DNA of 32,000 bases from Nostoc sp. PCC 7120 = FACHB-418 (GTDB lineage: Bacteria; Cyanobacteriota; Cyanobacteriia; Cyanobacteriales; Nostocaceae). Positions within the stretch are counted from its first letter, which is position 1. Each line of letters opens with the position of its first letter. The DNA lies in assembly GCF_000009705.1 (NCBI RefSeq), contig NC_003240.1, positions 90,001-122,000 of the forward strand, in the 5' to 3' direction. Shown here piece by piece: positions 24,007-32,000 of the stretch. The notes under the pieces are model-generated. The model was not told where the DNA came from, did not search any database, and saw nothing but the letters and a program-made list of their open reading frames with translations. A program made the translations under genes and the position numbers.

Positions 24007-24417
24007 TCACCCTGTGCCAGTTGCGTAAGTATTGTTTTCCACTAAAGAGCGATATAAGTTAATGACGTGACTGTCAGCCAAACTATAATAAACATTCCGA
24101 CCTTCTCGACGATAGCTGACTAAACGCATAGCTTTCAATAACCGCAGCTGATGACAAACAGCTGATTCACTCATTTTGGTTAATGCAGCTAGATCGCAAA
24201 CACACAACTCACTAGAAGCCAAAGCTGATAGGAGGCGTATACGGTTTGTATCTGCTAACACCCCAAAAATTTCTGCCATTTGTTGTGCTTTATCTGTCGG
24301 TAAGATTTGAGCCTGAGATGAGCGTACATTATCTAGATGCACCAGATGAGTATCACAGGTAGGGGTATCAGAACTTTGAATTAAGTCTAAGTCCTGCTTT
24401 TTCTTGTGCTTATTCAT
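24007..24417 (-). CDS. ArsR/SmtB-family metalloregulatory repressor (ZiaR/AztR-like)
   Basis: wHTH core LADTNRIRLLSAL...ELCVCDLAALT.MSESAVCHQLRLLKAMRLV.YRREGRNVYYSLAD.H. Carries the alpha3 CVC pair and an N-terminal Cys (PTCDTH). Divergent from the P1B ATPase gene. Confidence 0.85.
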   Translation of the reverse strand: MNKHKKKQDLDLIQSSDTPTCDTHLVHLDNVRSSQAQILPTDKAQQMAEIFGVLADTNRIRLLSALASSELCVCDLAALTKMSESAVCHQLRLLKAMRLVSYRREGRNVYYSLADSHVINLYRSLVENNTYATGTG

Positions 24418-24477
24418 AGCAAGTTTTACTTAGCAATAGTTATCAATCTCAATAATACCTAAAATGATAACCATTGT

Positions 24478-24501
24478 ACAATTGAATAGTTGTTCAATTG
24501 T
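24478..24501. promoter_or_regulatory. Imperfect 12+12 inverted repeat, candidate ArsR/SmtB operator
   Basis: ACAATTGAATAG / TTGTTCAATTGT, arms complementary at 10/12 positions. It contains TGAA-N6-TTCA as in SmtB/ZiaR-type 12-2-12 operators. It sits in the 133-nt divergent intergenic region. Confidence 0.55.
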
Positions 24502-24550
24502 TGTATTAGAATATTGGCAGTTAACTTTTTGCCTTAATTCTAAAGCTGCT

Positions 24551-27103
24551 ATGACTCAAACTCCTTCGCTCAAAACCCAAACTTTGCAAGTTGGCGGTAT
24601 GGACTGCGGAAGCTGCGCCAAGACAATTGAAGTCGCTTTGCAACAGTTACACGGTGTTACAGAAGCAACGGTAAACTTTACAACTGGTAAAGCCAGAGTT
24701 TCCTATGACGCAGAGGTATTGAGTGAAAAGAGTATCTATAACCAAATTAAAGGTTTGGGTTATACGATAGAGCAAAGTCATCAGGCGCAATCCCATCAGC
24801 AGTCTCATTCCTGTGGCGGTGAACACGACCATGACCACCAAAATCATGACCATAACGTAGATATAGTTTCTCTGCAAACGCTACAGCTACAAATTAGCGG
24901 GATGGATTGTGGCAGTTGTGCCAAAACCATTGAGGCTGGGGTGCAGAAGATCATAGGCGTACAAGAAGCATCGGTCAGTTTTGCCAGCGAAAGATTGCAT
25001 ATATCCTATGACCCACAATTGGTGAATGAGAAAACAATTTATGACCGGATTCAAGATTTAGGTTACACGGTCGAGGAGGGTGTTGAAACAAGTTCCAATC
25101 ATCACACTGATGCTTGTGGTCATGACCACGAGCATCATCACGACCATGACTATAGCCATAACCACGAGCATTCTCAGCCAATAAACAAGTCCAAACAAAA
25201 ACAAAAATCCGACTTAACAAGCTGGAGATTCTGGATTGAAAATCGTCGAGGACAGAGTGTCATACTTGCAGGTATAGGCTTAGTTTTAGGTTTACTTACT
25301 CAGTATTTAGTACTACCCATCTGGATTGCACGAGCTTTTTATGGCATTGGTATAGTAATTGCTGGCTATCCGATCGCACGGGCTGGTTTGTTTGAGTTGC
25401 GCTTGCGCCGCGCCGATATGAATCTGCTGATGACCATTTCGGTGATTGGGGCAGTGATTTTAGGAGACTGGTTTGAAGGGGGGCTGGTTGTCTTTTTGTT
25501 CTCTTTAGGCACAACATTGCAAGTTTTCACCTTTGGTCGTACCCGCAACGCAATTCGCTCACTGATGGATTTGACTCCACCTACTGCTACAGTTAAGCGC
25601 GGGAATCAGGAATTTACAGTTCCCGTCGAAAGTATTCAGCTAGGTGAAATTTTGACGATTCGACCAGGAGGGCGTGTGGCGTTGGATGGTGTGGTTGTTT
25701 CTGGTAACAGTGCTATTGACCAATCTCCAATTACGGGAGAGTCAATCCCAGAAGATAAAGATGTTGGGGATACTGTCTTTGCTGGAACACTAAATCAGAC
25801 AGGTTTTTTAGAAGTTAAAGTTACGCACACTTCTAGCGATACAACCGTTGCCAAAATTATTAATTTGGTGGAACAAGCTCAAGAAAGCCGCGCACCCTCG
25901 CAGCAGTGGGTGGATAAGTTTGCACAAGTCTACACACCGATAGTGATTTTAGCAGCGATTGCCATCGCCCTAATTCCGCCCTTGGCTTTTGCTCAACCTT
26001 TTAACGTCTGGCTTTACCGCGCACTGGTCATGCTAGTAATTGCTTGTCCCTGTGCCTTAGTCATTTCTACCCCAGTTTCCATTGTCAGTGCTATTGGTGC
26101 TGCAACTCGGCGGGGCGTTTTATTTAAAGGGGGTAATGCACTGGAAACTGCTGGACATCTGACTACCCTTGCTTTTGATAAAACCGGCACAATTACACAA
26201 GGGCTACCGATTGTGCAGCAGGTTTATGACTTGGGGGTGGTGAGTGGAGACATGGTATTATTGCTTGCCGCTTCCTTAGAACAAAAGTCTGAACATCCTT
26301 TAGCAAAAGCTATTGTGGTCAAGGCTCAAGAACTGGGGCTAGAGTTAGAAACTCCCCTTAATTTTACAGCATTACCCGGTAAAGGGATTCAGGCAAACTT
26401 TGGTGAGCAGTTATATTTAGTTGGTAATCGACGGTTGTTTTCAGACCAAGGTATTTGCTTGTCTGATGAAGCTGAATCTTTGTTAACTGAAATTGAACAA
26501 TTCGGTCAAATTCCGGTGTTGGTAGGGACGAACGGGGGGTTATTAGGAGCGATCGCCCTCTCTGATGGCATCCGCTTAGAAGCCACCGAAGCCCTGCGAC
26601 AATTGCAGAGGGTTGGATTGAAGCGGTTGGTGATGTTGACAGGCGATCGCGCATCTGTAGCAAAGCAAATTGCCCAACAAGTTGGAATTACAGAGTATCA
26701 GGCAGAACTATTACCTGAAGATAAACTCCAAGCAATTCAACAATTGCGTCGTCACGGAGTAGTAGGTATGGTTGGGGATGGCATTAACGATGCACCTGCT
26801 TTAGCTACGGCAGATATTAGTTTTGCTGTAGGTGGAATTGATATTGCTTTGGAGACAGCAGATGTGGTGCTGGTAGGTAGTGACTTGAGACAGCTCGCTT
26901 ATGCAGTAGATTTAAGCCGACGTACTGTGTCAGTGATTCAACAGAATGTGGTTTTTTCTCTGGTAACTAAGGCTTTATTTTTACTATTGGGGACGTTTGG
27001 GTTTGTTGGTTTAGCGATCGCCGTCTTAGCTGATACAGGAACTTCTCTGTTAGTTACTGCAAATGGAATGCGGCTATTTAAAACCAAAACTTTGAAAAAT
27101 TAA
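24551..27103 (+). CDS. ziaA: P1B-type heavy-metal ATPase, Zn/Cd/Pb (ZntA/ZiaA/CadA) subtype, with two N-terminal HMA domains
   Basis: Two GMDCGSCA ferredoxin-fold domains, each followed by a His-rich tract (HSCGGEHDHDHQNHDHN and HHTDACGHDHEHHHDHDYSHNHEH). TM6 CPC (IACPCALVISTP), DKTGTIT, GDGINDAP, and LADTGTSLLVTANGMRL in the last TM segment. The start was set at ATG 24551 (MTQTPSL..); the track's upstream extension overlaps the operator. Confidence 0.9.
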   Translation: MTQTPSLKTQTLQVGGMDCGSCAKTIEVALQQLHGVTEATVNFTTGKARVSYDAEVLSEKSIYNQIKGLGYTIEQSHQAQSHQQSHSCGGEHDHDHQNHDHNVDIVSLQTLQLQISGMDCGSCAKTIEAGVQKIIGVQEASVSFASERLHISYDPQLVNEKTIYDRIQDLGYTVEEGVETSSNHHTDACGHDHEHHHDHDYSHNHEHSQPINKSKQKQKSDLTSWRFWIENRRGQSVILAGIGLVLGLLTQYLVLPIWIARAFYGIGIVIAGYPIARAGLFELRLRRADMNLLMTISVIGAVILGDWFEGGLVVFLFSLGTTLQVFTFGRTRNAIRSLMDLTPPTATVKRGNQEFTVPVESIQLGEILTIRPGGRVALDGVVVSGNSAIDQSPITGESIPEDKDVGDTVFAGTLNQTGFLEVKVTHTSSDTTVAKIINLVEQAQESRAPSQQWVDKFAQVYTPIVILAAIAIALIPPLAFAQPFNVWLYRALVMLVIACPCALVISTPVSIVSAIGAATRRGVLFKGGNALETAGHLTTLAFDKTGTITQGLPIVQQVYDLGVVSGDMVLLLAASLEQKSEHPLAKAIVVKAQELGLELETPLNFTALPGKGIQANFGEQLYLVGNRRLFSDQGICLSDEAESLLTEIEQFGQIPVLVGTNGGLLGAIALSDGIRLEATEALRQLQRVGLKRLVMLTGDRASVAKQIAQQVGITEYQAELLPEDKLQAIQQLRRHGVVGMVGDGINDAPALATADISFAVGGIDIALETADVVLVGSDLRQLAYAVDLSRRTVSVIQQNVVFSLVTKALFLLLGTFGFVGLAIAVLADTGTSLLVTANGMRLFKTKTLKN

Positions 27104-27149
27104 ACAAATAACGCATATTCTACAGAGATTAGTAACGTCATTAAAGGTT

Positions 27150-27848
27150 TTACTCTAGTAATTGTCCTTGCCTGAATTTCTGTAGTTTCAGCATCGCAAT
27201 ACATATCATTAACCACAAAAATCCAACACCATATCCAGCAATTACATCTGTCGGCCAATGTACTCCTAAATATAGGCGACTGATGCCAATTGCCGCTATT
27301 AAAATAACTGTTAAAACATAGATTAACCGTGAAAATTGAGGATAATGAGTAGCTAGTATATAGGCAATAAAACCATACAATACCATAGAGCCTAGTGCAT
27401 GACCGCTAGGAAAACTGAAAGATTTTTCAGAAATCAAAACTGTCCAAAGTTGCGGACGGGGTTTTGAGAAAAATAACTTTAAACCTGTATTTAGAGTTAA
27501 CCCTCCTATACAAGTAAGCGCAAAAATATATGTTTCTACTCGGTAACGTCGCCACCAAAGTATTCCTAAAGTAAATGCTGCGACTACTACTACTGTCTTT
27601 GGATTACCAAGATTCGTAATAAATAACATTAAATTATCAAGACTCGGATTGGCAAATTGATGTAGCCATAATAAGAAAGATGTATCAAATGCAAAAGCTT
27701 CTTTCTCTAAAACTTCTTCAGCAAGCTTGGCGACAACAAACAGGATCAGCAAACAAATTGCAAGTCCAACTATACCAATTGTGGCAATTAAAGGAGCTAA
27801 ACGAGGGTATATATGGCGCAACCAAAAGGTAGAAATTTTTCGTATCAT
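27150..27848 (-). CDS. PAP2-superfamily membrane phosphatase
   Basis: Signature KLFFSKPRP ... PSGHA ... SRLYLGVHWPTDV (KxxxxxxRP / PSGH / SRxxxxxHxxxD). Six TM segments. Confidence 0.85.
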   Translation of the reverse strand: MIRKISTFWLRHIYPRLAPLIATIGIVGLAICLLILFVVAKLAEEVLEKEAFAFDTSFLLWLHQFANPSLDNLMLFITNLGNPKTVVVVAAFTLGILWWRRYRVETYIFALTCIGGLTLNTGLKLFFSKPRPQLWTVLISEKSFSFPSGHALGSMVLYGFIAYILATHYPQFSRLIYVLTVILIAAIGISRLYLGVHWPTDVIAGYGVGFLWLMICIAMLKLQKFRQGQLLE

Positions 27849-28121
27849 TGAATATGTCTAAGTCTGTTATGGATTTATAGCTTACAAAATAATAGTCAAG
27901 AACTTGAAAAGACGATTTTGAATCGAAAATTGAGTTATTTTGCTCAAACTAGGCTTCTAAGCACCTGGTTTAAAGTAATCTAGTAATCTATCTCCTGAAT
28001 CTTCCCTTACTAGGGCTACCACTATACAGTTTTTGAGTTTGTTGATTTTTCATCGATTTTCACATCTTTATGGTATTGAGTTAGGTCGAGGGGGAGTATT
28101 ATCTCCCGCCCCTCCCAATTA

Positions 28122-28155
28122 GAACCGGACGTGCGCCTTTGGGTGCATCCGGCTC
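28122..28155 (-). ncRNA. Group II intron catalytic domain V
   Basis: The minus strand reads GAGCCGGAUGCACCCAAAGGCGCACGUCCGGUUC. This is a 34-nt hairpin matching the canonical DV (GAGCCGUAUGCGAUGAAAGUCGCACGUACGGUUC), including the AGC triad and the 2-nt bulge. Base changes in the lower stem are compensatory. Confidence 0.85.
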
Positions 28156-28168
28156 CCGACAAACTTAC

Positions 28169-28644
28169 TTATTTGCTCATGTGGATGTAATGATGGCAGG
28201 ATTGATGAATAACGAGGAGGTTTTTAGGCTTCCAGTTATCATGATTACCATCTACGTGATGAAGATGTACATCTTCACAATCTGCAAACTTAAGTCCGCA
28301 GTGTCCACAAGTATGGTCTTGTTTTATGAGTGCTTTGGCTGTCACGCCATCATAGTGGAGGGATTGTCTCTTACTCCAGTAAACAATGTCACCATTAAAA
28401 GGAGACGCATCTCCTTTAACCATGACGTGCTTGTTTTCTGAATACGGTACTGCGGGGAATGCTTTATCTATTAAAGCATCCGTTTGATAGCGGTTAAGTT
28501 TGGATTCTTTATTAAAGACATTCCATGTTCTCCTGCGGGTGAACCACAGTCTGAACCTTGAGCCGTCCATCTTACAGTAGCGATGATAGTTTCTCCAGCC
28601 TCTAATAATGGGGGAGAGTTTTTGACTTTTAACTAAAGCACCAT
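28169..28644 (-). pseudogene. 5'-truncated group II intron-encoded protein (maturase X domain end + DNA-binding + HNH endonuclease domain)
   Basis: The frame is open from the IS boundary: GALVKSQKLSPIIRGWRNYHRYCKMDGSRF... The C-terminal part is CGHCGLKF....VHLHHVDGNHDNW...NLLVIHQSCHHYIH (HNH). No RT domain is present. Confidence 0.8.
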
Positions 28645-28657
28645 CTCACCGTTCGCG
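28645..28657. repeat. IS terminal inverted repeat (left): CTCACCGTTCGCG
   Basis: Exact reverse complement of 30591..30603. Weaker similarity continues inward (TAATAGA vs CAATCGA). Confidence 0.7.
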
Positions 28658-28670
28658 TAATAGAATTTGA

Positions 28671-30437
28671 CTAAGAGGAATTATCTACAAGATTGCTATA
28701 AATATCAGGAACAAGACCAAGCAAACTAATAATTTCCTGTTGTAGAGGGTTTAAAGGAGGAACATAACCAAAACGCTGACCACGGGCTTCAATAATCGTC
28801 AAAGTGATATTAGAAAAAGCACGTAACAAGCGTTCAGCAGTAGGTTGAGCAGTCCGTTTTTTTGGATGTTCGGGATACAGTCCAGCAAGAGAGTTGACCT
28901 CCTGTACAGTCAATTGTCGTCTGACAACAAACTCGATGATTGTCAGCAAACGTAGGGCTAGACTCAGTAAATTAATCAGACCTGTAACTTGGTCATCACG
29001 TTGCACAAACATGGGAGCAATGGAAAGTGACGCACCCTTGAGACGATGAAAACCACGTTCAGCAATCCATTCGTCTCGATAAGTCAGTACAGCTTGTTCA
29101 ATAGATAACATACTCTTGGGAGCATTGCTGACAAAAGCTCTCCAGCCAAAAGTTTTGTGAGTTTGGGCAATAGCATCTTCATTGCGGATAACGGTCTGAA
29201 TTTGATACCTAATTTTTCGAGTAATTTGCTTGGGGCGAGATGTGGGACGACCTCGACCAATGTAGGTTTCTTCAACAGTTTCTTGGCACTCATAATCGAA
29301 ACTCAATAACCCTTCAACTCGATGAAGGCGCAGAATTTCTGTAGCTTTTTGCAATAAAACCTGTAGGTCGTTGATTTGTCGTTTACCACGACCTTTTTGT
29401 GGAGTTAACGCCATCAACTTCTGCTGTGCGTTGTGAAGTCGCTTCTCTAATCCCTGAAACTGTTGTTTTGCAAGCGTTGGTGAGTGAACAATCAACACCC
29501 TTTCTTGCCAGCATAGTAATGGCAATTGTTCATCAACAACCTCGACATGACGACACACCTCATAGCCAGTGGCGATAGTTGTTTCAAGGGCATCCAGGTC
29601 TGGGCTGGTTTCGGTGTTGTGATGAAAACTGGTTCGCTTGATCTCAACAAGTGGAAATTTACCCATGACAGCATCATTTATCCAGCCAGCAAGAAGTTCT
29701 GGAGTTTTACCCACATTAGATAATGGGCATAGGTAGTAATCTCCCTGAATATGTATGTTGCAGCGTGTTGATAGTGAACTCATTTTACAGTCACCAACAA
29801 ACAATAACCCTTTTTTGTTCAACGTGGCAGCAATTTGTTGGTATGCGGGAATGTAGAGTCCATCATCTGCTTGTTCTCCAGATACTACCTGGGTGACAAG
29901 AGGCATCCCCAATGGGTCAATCATTCCCATCATCAGTTTTACCTGTGGTAGATTCGGGTCATCTTTGCTGTGTCCAAATTGGAATAAACCTGATTCGCTG
30001 ATGAGATGGTGTCCACTGATTGTTGTTGCATCTAAACGTACTTGCTCCACCGCTAATTCATAGGCTCGGATGCTCTTTTGCGTCAGAAACCGTTCTATTT
30101 GTTCCCAGGTTTCGGGCTTGCTTAATCGCTTCAACAGTATTCCTAAACGGTCATCGGTAAAGTCTGTTTCTCTAATGTTGATTCCGCATACTTGCTCTAT
30201 GGTGTAGTGTCGTTGTTCTACCCATTCCCGAACACGTACTTTTCGGTGGTCGCCCTGTGAGATGATATATGATAACCAAATGCAAGCCACCCATCCCCAA
30301 TCCAGTCCTTCTTGTTTCCAGTGACGTGGCAAATGTTGGTTGAGGATTTCTGGCAGTCCCATTTTTTTCATCACCTCTAGCAGCACAACCACATCATCGA
30401 TTCGTTCTGATATTATTTGTTGGGGTAAATGTGCCAT
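28671..30437 (-). CDS. IS1634-like (IS4 superfamily) DDE transposase
   Basis: 588 aa. The N-terminal region (..IDDVVVLLEVMKKMGLPEILNQHL..) resembles the DUF4277-type N-terminus of IS1634-family transposases. The long DDE-type core sits between the 13-bp inverted repeats. The family call is from memory, not from a search. Confidence 0.7.
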   Translation of the reverse strand: MAHLPQQIISERIDDVVVLLEVMKKMGLPEILNQHLPRHWKQEGLDWGWVACIWLSYIISQGDHRKVRVREWVEQRHYTIEQVCGINIRETDFTDDRLGILLKRLSKPETWEQIERFLTQKSIRAYELAVEQVRLDATTISGHHLISESGLFQFGHSKDDPNLPQVKLMMGMIDPLGMPLVTQVVSGEQADDGLYIPAYQQIAATLNKKGLLFVGDCKMSSLSTRCNIHIQGDYYLCPLSNVGKTPELLAGWINDAVMGKFPLVEIKRTSFHHNTETSPDLDALETTIATGYEVCRHVEVVDEQLPLLCWQERVLIVHSPTLAKQQFQGLEKRLHNAQQKLMALTPQKGRGKRQINDLQVLLQKATEILRLHRVEGLLSFDYECQETVEETYIGRGRPTSRPKQITRKIRYQIQTVIRNEDAIAQTHKTFGWRAFVSNAPKSMLSIEQAVLTYRDEWIAERGFHRLKGASLSIAPMFVQRDDQVTGLINLLSLALRLLTIIEFVVRRQLTVQEVNSLAGLYPEHPKKRTAQPTAERLLRAFSNITLTIIEARGQRFGYVPPLNPLQQEIISLLGLVPDIYSNLVDNSS

Positions 30438-30590
30438 TTCTCACACTTACCATTAAACTGTTACACCTTACACAACTTTCTTCCTAGCACAAGGGCGACG
30501 GGAAACGATCACCTACGGTGGGCGGAACGCCATCGCCTGCTTTGATACTCTCTCTTATTTCATCTATTTCACCAAACTCATCCTCGATTG

Positions 30591-30603
30591 CGCGAACGGT
30601 GAG
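30591..30603. repeat. IS terminal inverted repeat (right): CGCGAACGGTGAG
   Basis: Exact reverse complement of 28645..28657. Confidence 0.7.
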
Positions 30604-30680
30604 CAATGATGCTGGTGTTTTAAATCTTCGGCTAAGGGTTTAGCAATGCGATCGTCATCTTCAACTATTAAAATTCTCAT
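30604..30680 (-). pseudogene. First about 25 codons of an OmpR-type response regulator, truncated by the IS
   Basis: The minus strand from ATG 30680 reads MRILIVEDDDRIAKPLAEDLKHQHH, a typical receiver-domain N-terminus. It then runs straight into the IS inverted repeat (..CSPFAQSRMSLVK*). Confidence 0.7.
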
Positions 30681-30739
30681 ATTTCTATACTATTTATTTT
30701 GTATTTAACAAAAAATAGTCATCTATCTGCTTAAACGCA

Positions 30740-31483
30740 TCACTCAATTGGGTAACGCACTTTTTTCTCCTTTCGCACGGAAAAGAATAGGACAACCGCC
30801 AGCAGGATAAAGGCGATCACTGAAGCATAGCCCCTTGGCAGTGATAAACCGCCATCTTTTATCGGTTTGGTAAGAAAATCGCCGAAGGTAGCTCCAAAGG
30901 GTCGCGTGAAGATGAACGCGAGCCAGAATAGGAGAACATCGTTCAACTTTGTTACGTAGTGAAGGGCGATGACAACACCAATGACGCTGGCTGTCACGAA
31001 TGCGCCCTGGATATAGCTCAGTCCTAAGTTGCTTGTCAGAAAATCACCAAAGGCCGTTCCCAAACTGTTGGAGAACACAATCGCCAGCCAATACGTTGTC
31101 TCTGCGTCTTTCCTCACAATTGGATAAACGCTCAAATCTCGATCCCGGTAATACCAGATGGCAAGAACGCTCAACAGACTGGCTACCAGGATCAGCGATC
31201 CCATTGCGTAGCCTAGCCCAAGCGATCGATCCATCAGGTCTGAAACTTCAGTTCCGGCTGTGGTTGTCGCAATGATGGCTAACCAGTAAAGGGCTGGACG
31301 ATATCTGTCAGATTGAATTTGAAAAAACAGGAGAATCGCCAGAATAGCAAAAGTTACGGCAAAGGCTATGTAATACCCCAGCCCAAGAGACATTGAGATA
31401 AAGTCACCTGCTGTTTCGCCGAGCGTCGTGGCGATGATCTTCATAATCCAAAAGAAAATTGTGACTTTTGCAACTTTGTTCAT
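30740..31483 (-). CDS. Polytopic membrane protein built from four internal repeats (COG4705-like, function unknown)
   Basis: Four copies of a G(E/T)..(G/S)D(F/L)....LGL(G/S)Y-type unit, each spanning two TM helices (GETAGDFISMSLGLGYY; GTEVSDLMDRSLGLGYA; GTAFGDFLTSNLGLSYI; GATFGDFLTKPIKDGGLSLPRGYA). The start was moved to ATG 31483, which has AGGAG 6 nt upstream. Confidence 0.7.
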   Translation of the reverse strand: MNKVAKVTIFFWIMKIIATTLGETAGDFISMSLGLGYYIAFAVTFAILAILLFFQIQSDRYRPALYWLAIIATTTAGTEVSDLMDRSLGLGYAMGSLILVASLLSVLAIWYYRDRDLSVYPIVRKDAETTYWLAIVFSNSLGTAFGDFLTSNLGLSYIQGAFVTASVIGVVIALHYVTKLNDVLLFWLAFIFTRPFGATFGDFLTKPIKDGGLSLPRGYASVIAFILLAVVLFFSVRKEKKVRYPIE

Positions 31484-31592
31484 TATTGCTCCTATTTGCT
31501 GCTGGACTACCAACACGTTATCTGAACTTGCAGGTTCATCGTAGAGAGAAAAAGTCAAGAACTTGGAAAGAGATAGCTAGCAATGAAGATTT

Positions 31593-32000
31593 TTACTCTT
31601 TACCTACTGATTTTCGTCTTCCACCTTCAAATACCAGCAGTAATGCGATCGCACTCAAAGCGAAAATACTTCCAGTGATGAAAGTTGCTTTTGGACTGAT
31701 TGTTTGCCACAAAACACCTCCCAACAAACTAGCTGGTAAGAGTGCTACACCAGTAGCTAAATTAATTAACCCAAAAGCAGTACCTCGTAGATGGGACGGA
31801 ACTCTATCTGCTACCAGTGCTAATAATATGCCCTGACTCATCCCCTGATACAGCCCATACAGCCCAAACAGTCCCCACACCTGCCAAGGAGCATTAACAA
31901 ATGCAAAACCTAAATATGCCAACGCATATACACAAAATCCACCCACTAGTAGCCCCAATCTACCAATGCGGTCAGATAGCAATCCTACTGGATAGGCACT
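31593..32000 (-). CDS. MFS transporter, C-terminal part (gene continues beyond the window end)
   Basis: The frame is open to the window edge. LSDRIGR (MFS loop motif) is followed by four to five TM helices (..GLYQGMSQGILLALVADRVPSHLRGTAFGL..). Confidence 0.75.
   Translation of the reverse strand, partial: SAYPVGLLSDRIGRLGLLVGGFCVYALAYLGFAFVNAPWQVWGLFGLYGLYQGMSQGILLALVADRVPSHLRGTAFGLINLATGVALLPASLLGGVLWQTISPKATFITGSIFALSAIALLLVFEGGRRKSVGKE

Larger units (their letters stand above)
28079..28644 (-). mobile_element. 3' remnant of a group II intron (maturase/HNH tail of the IEP, domain V, domain VI)
   Basis: Reading the minus strand: IEP X-domain motif (LSPIIRGWRNYHRYC) and HNH motif, then domain V 13 nt after the stop, then a GC-rich hairpin with a bulged A (..CCCCCUCGACCUAAC) consistent with domain VI. 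The 5' two thirds (domains I-IV and the RT domain) are missing; the element ends at the IS boundary (28645). The 3' end coordinate is approximate. Confidence 0.75.
28645..30603 (-). mobile_element. IS element, IS4 superfamily / IS1634-like, apparently intact (about 1.96 kb)
   Basis: Bounded by perfect 13-bp terminal inverted repeats and contains a single 588-aa transposase ORF. The flanks are unrelated (intron fragment on the left, response-regulator fragment on the right). No matching target-site duplication was seen. Confidence 0.7.

Noticed and set aside
28645-30603. Target-site duplication flanking the IS.
   Set aside because: The flanks (..AAGCACCAT and CAATGATGC..) share no convincing direct repeat. 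I interpret this as evidence for rearrangement rather than reporting a duplication.
1-32000. CRISPR arrays, tRNA or rRNA genes.
   Set aside because: No regularly spaced 25-40-bp repeats, no cloverleaf-like GC-rich segments and no rRNA-like conserved blocks were noticed in any intergenic region.

Overview
The DNA looks like a Nostocales-type cyanobacterium. HIP1 octamers (GCGATCGC) are frequent, and the window carries group-2 sigma factors, an SLH/OprB-type porin and DUF2808 genes.

The window is essentially a metal-homeostasis island, almost all on the minus strand. It holds:
- Nramp MntH with a TPR protein
- a CbtB-like His-rich peptide with a two-module membrane protein
- a DUF2808 gene followed by an OmpR-type response regulator and a histidine kinase
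- a group-2 sigma factor translationally coupled to a small CemA/PxcA-N-terminal-like membrane protein
- a His-rich lipoprotein with a CDF exporter
- a second group-2 sigma factor and SanA
- an HME-RND pump (membrane fusion protein plus CzcA-like pump, no outer-membrane factor)
- an SmtB/ArsR repressor divergent from a Zn/Cd/Pb-type P1B ATPase
- a PAP2 phosphatase

The right end is rearranged. A 3' remnant of a group II intron (maturase/HNH tail, domain V, domain VI) abuts an IS1634-like IS. The other end of that IS truncates a response-regulator gene. A 4-repeat membrane protein and a partial MFS gene follow.

Main hunt results:
1. A 7-bp direct repeat with 11-bp phasing (RTGAAAT-N4-RTGAAAW) occurs seven times, always intergenic and always in the same orientation upstream of minus-strand operons. 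One copy precedes the two-component operon itself. I read this as a candidate OmpR-family regulon.
2. Three decayed CzcA-like fragments are hidden in 'intergenic' DNA. Two of them bracket a 3.7-kb segment that carries a porin gene and an AT-rich, HIP1-free two-gene cassette of unknown function.
3. The CemA-like/sigma gene pair overlaps by ATGA.

All functional assignments come from reading the translated ORFs and from memory of family motifs. No searches were run.
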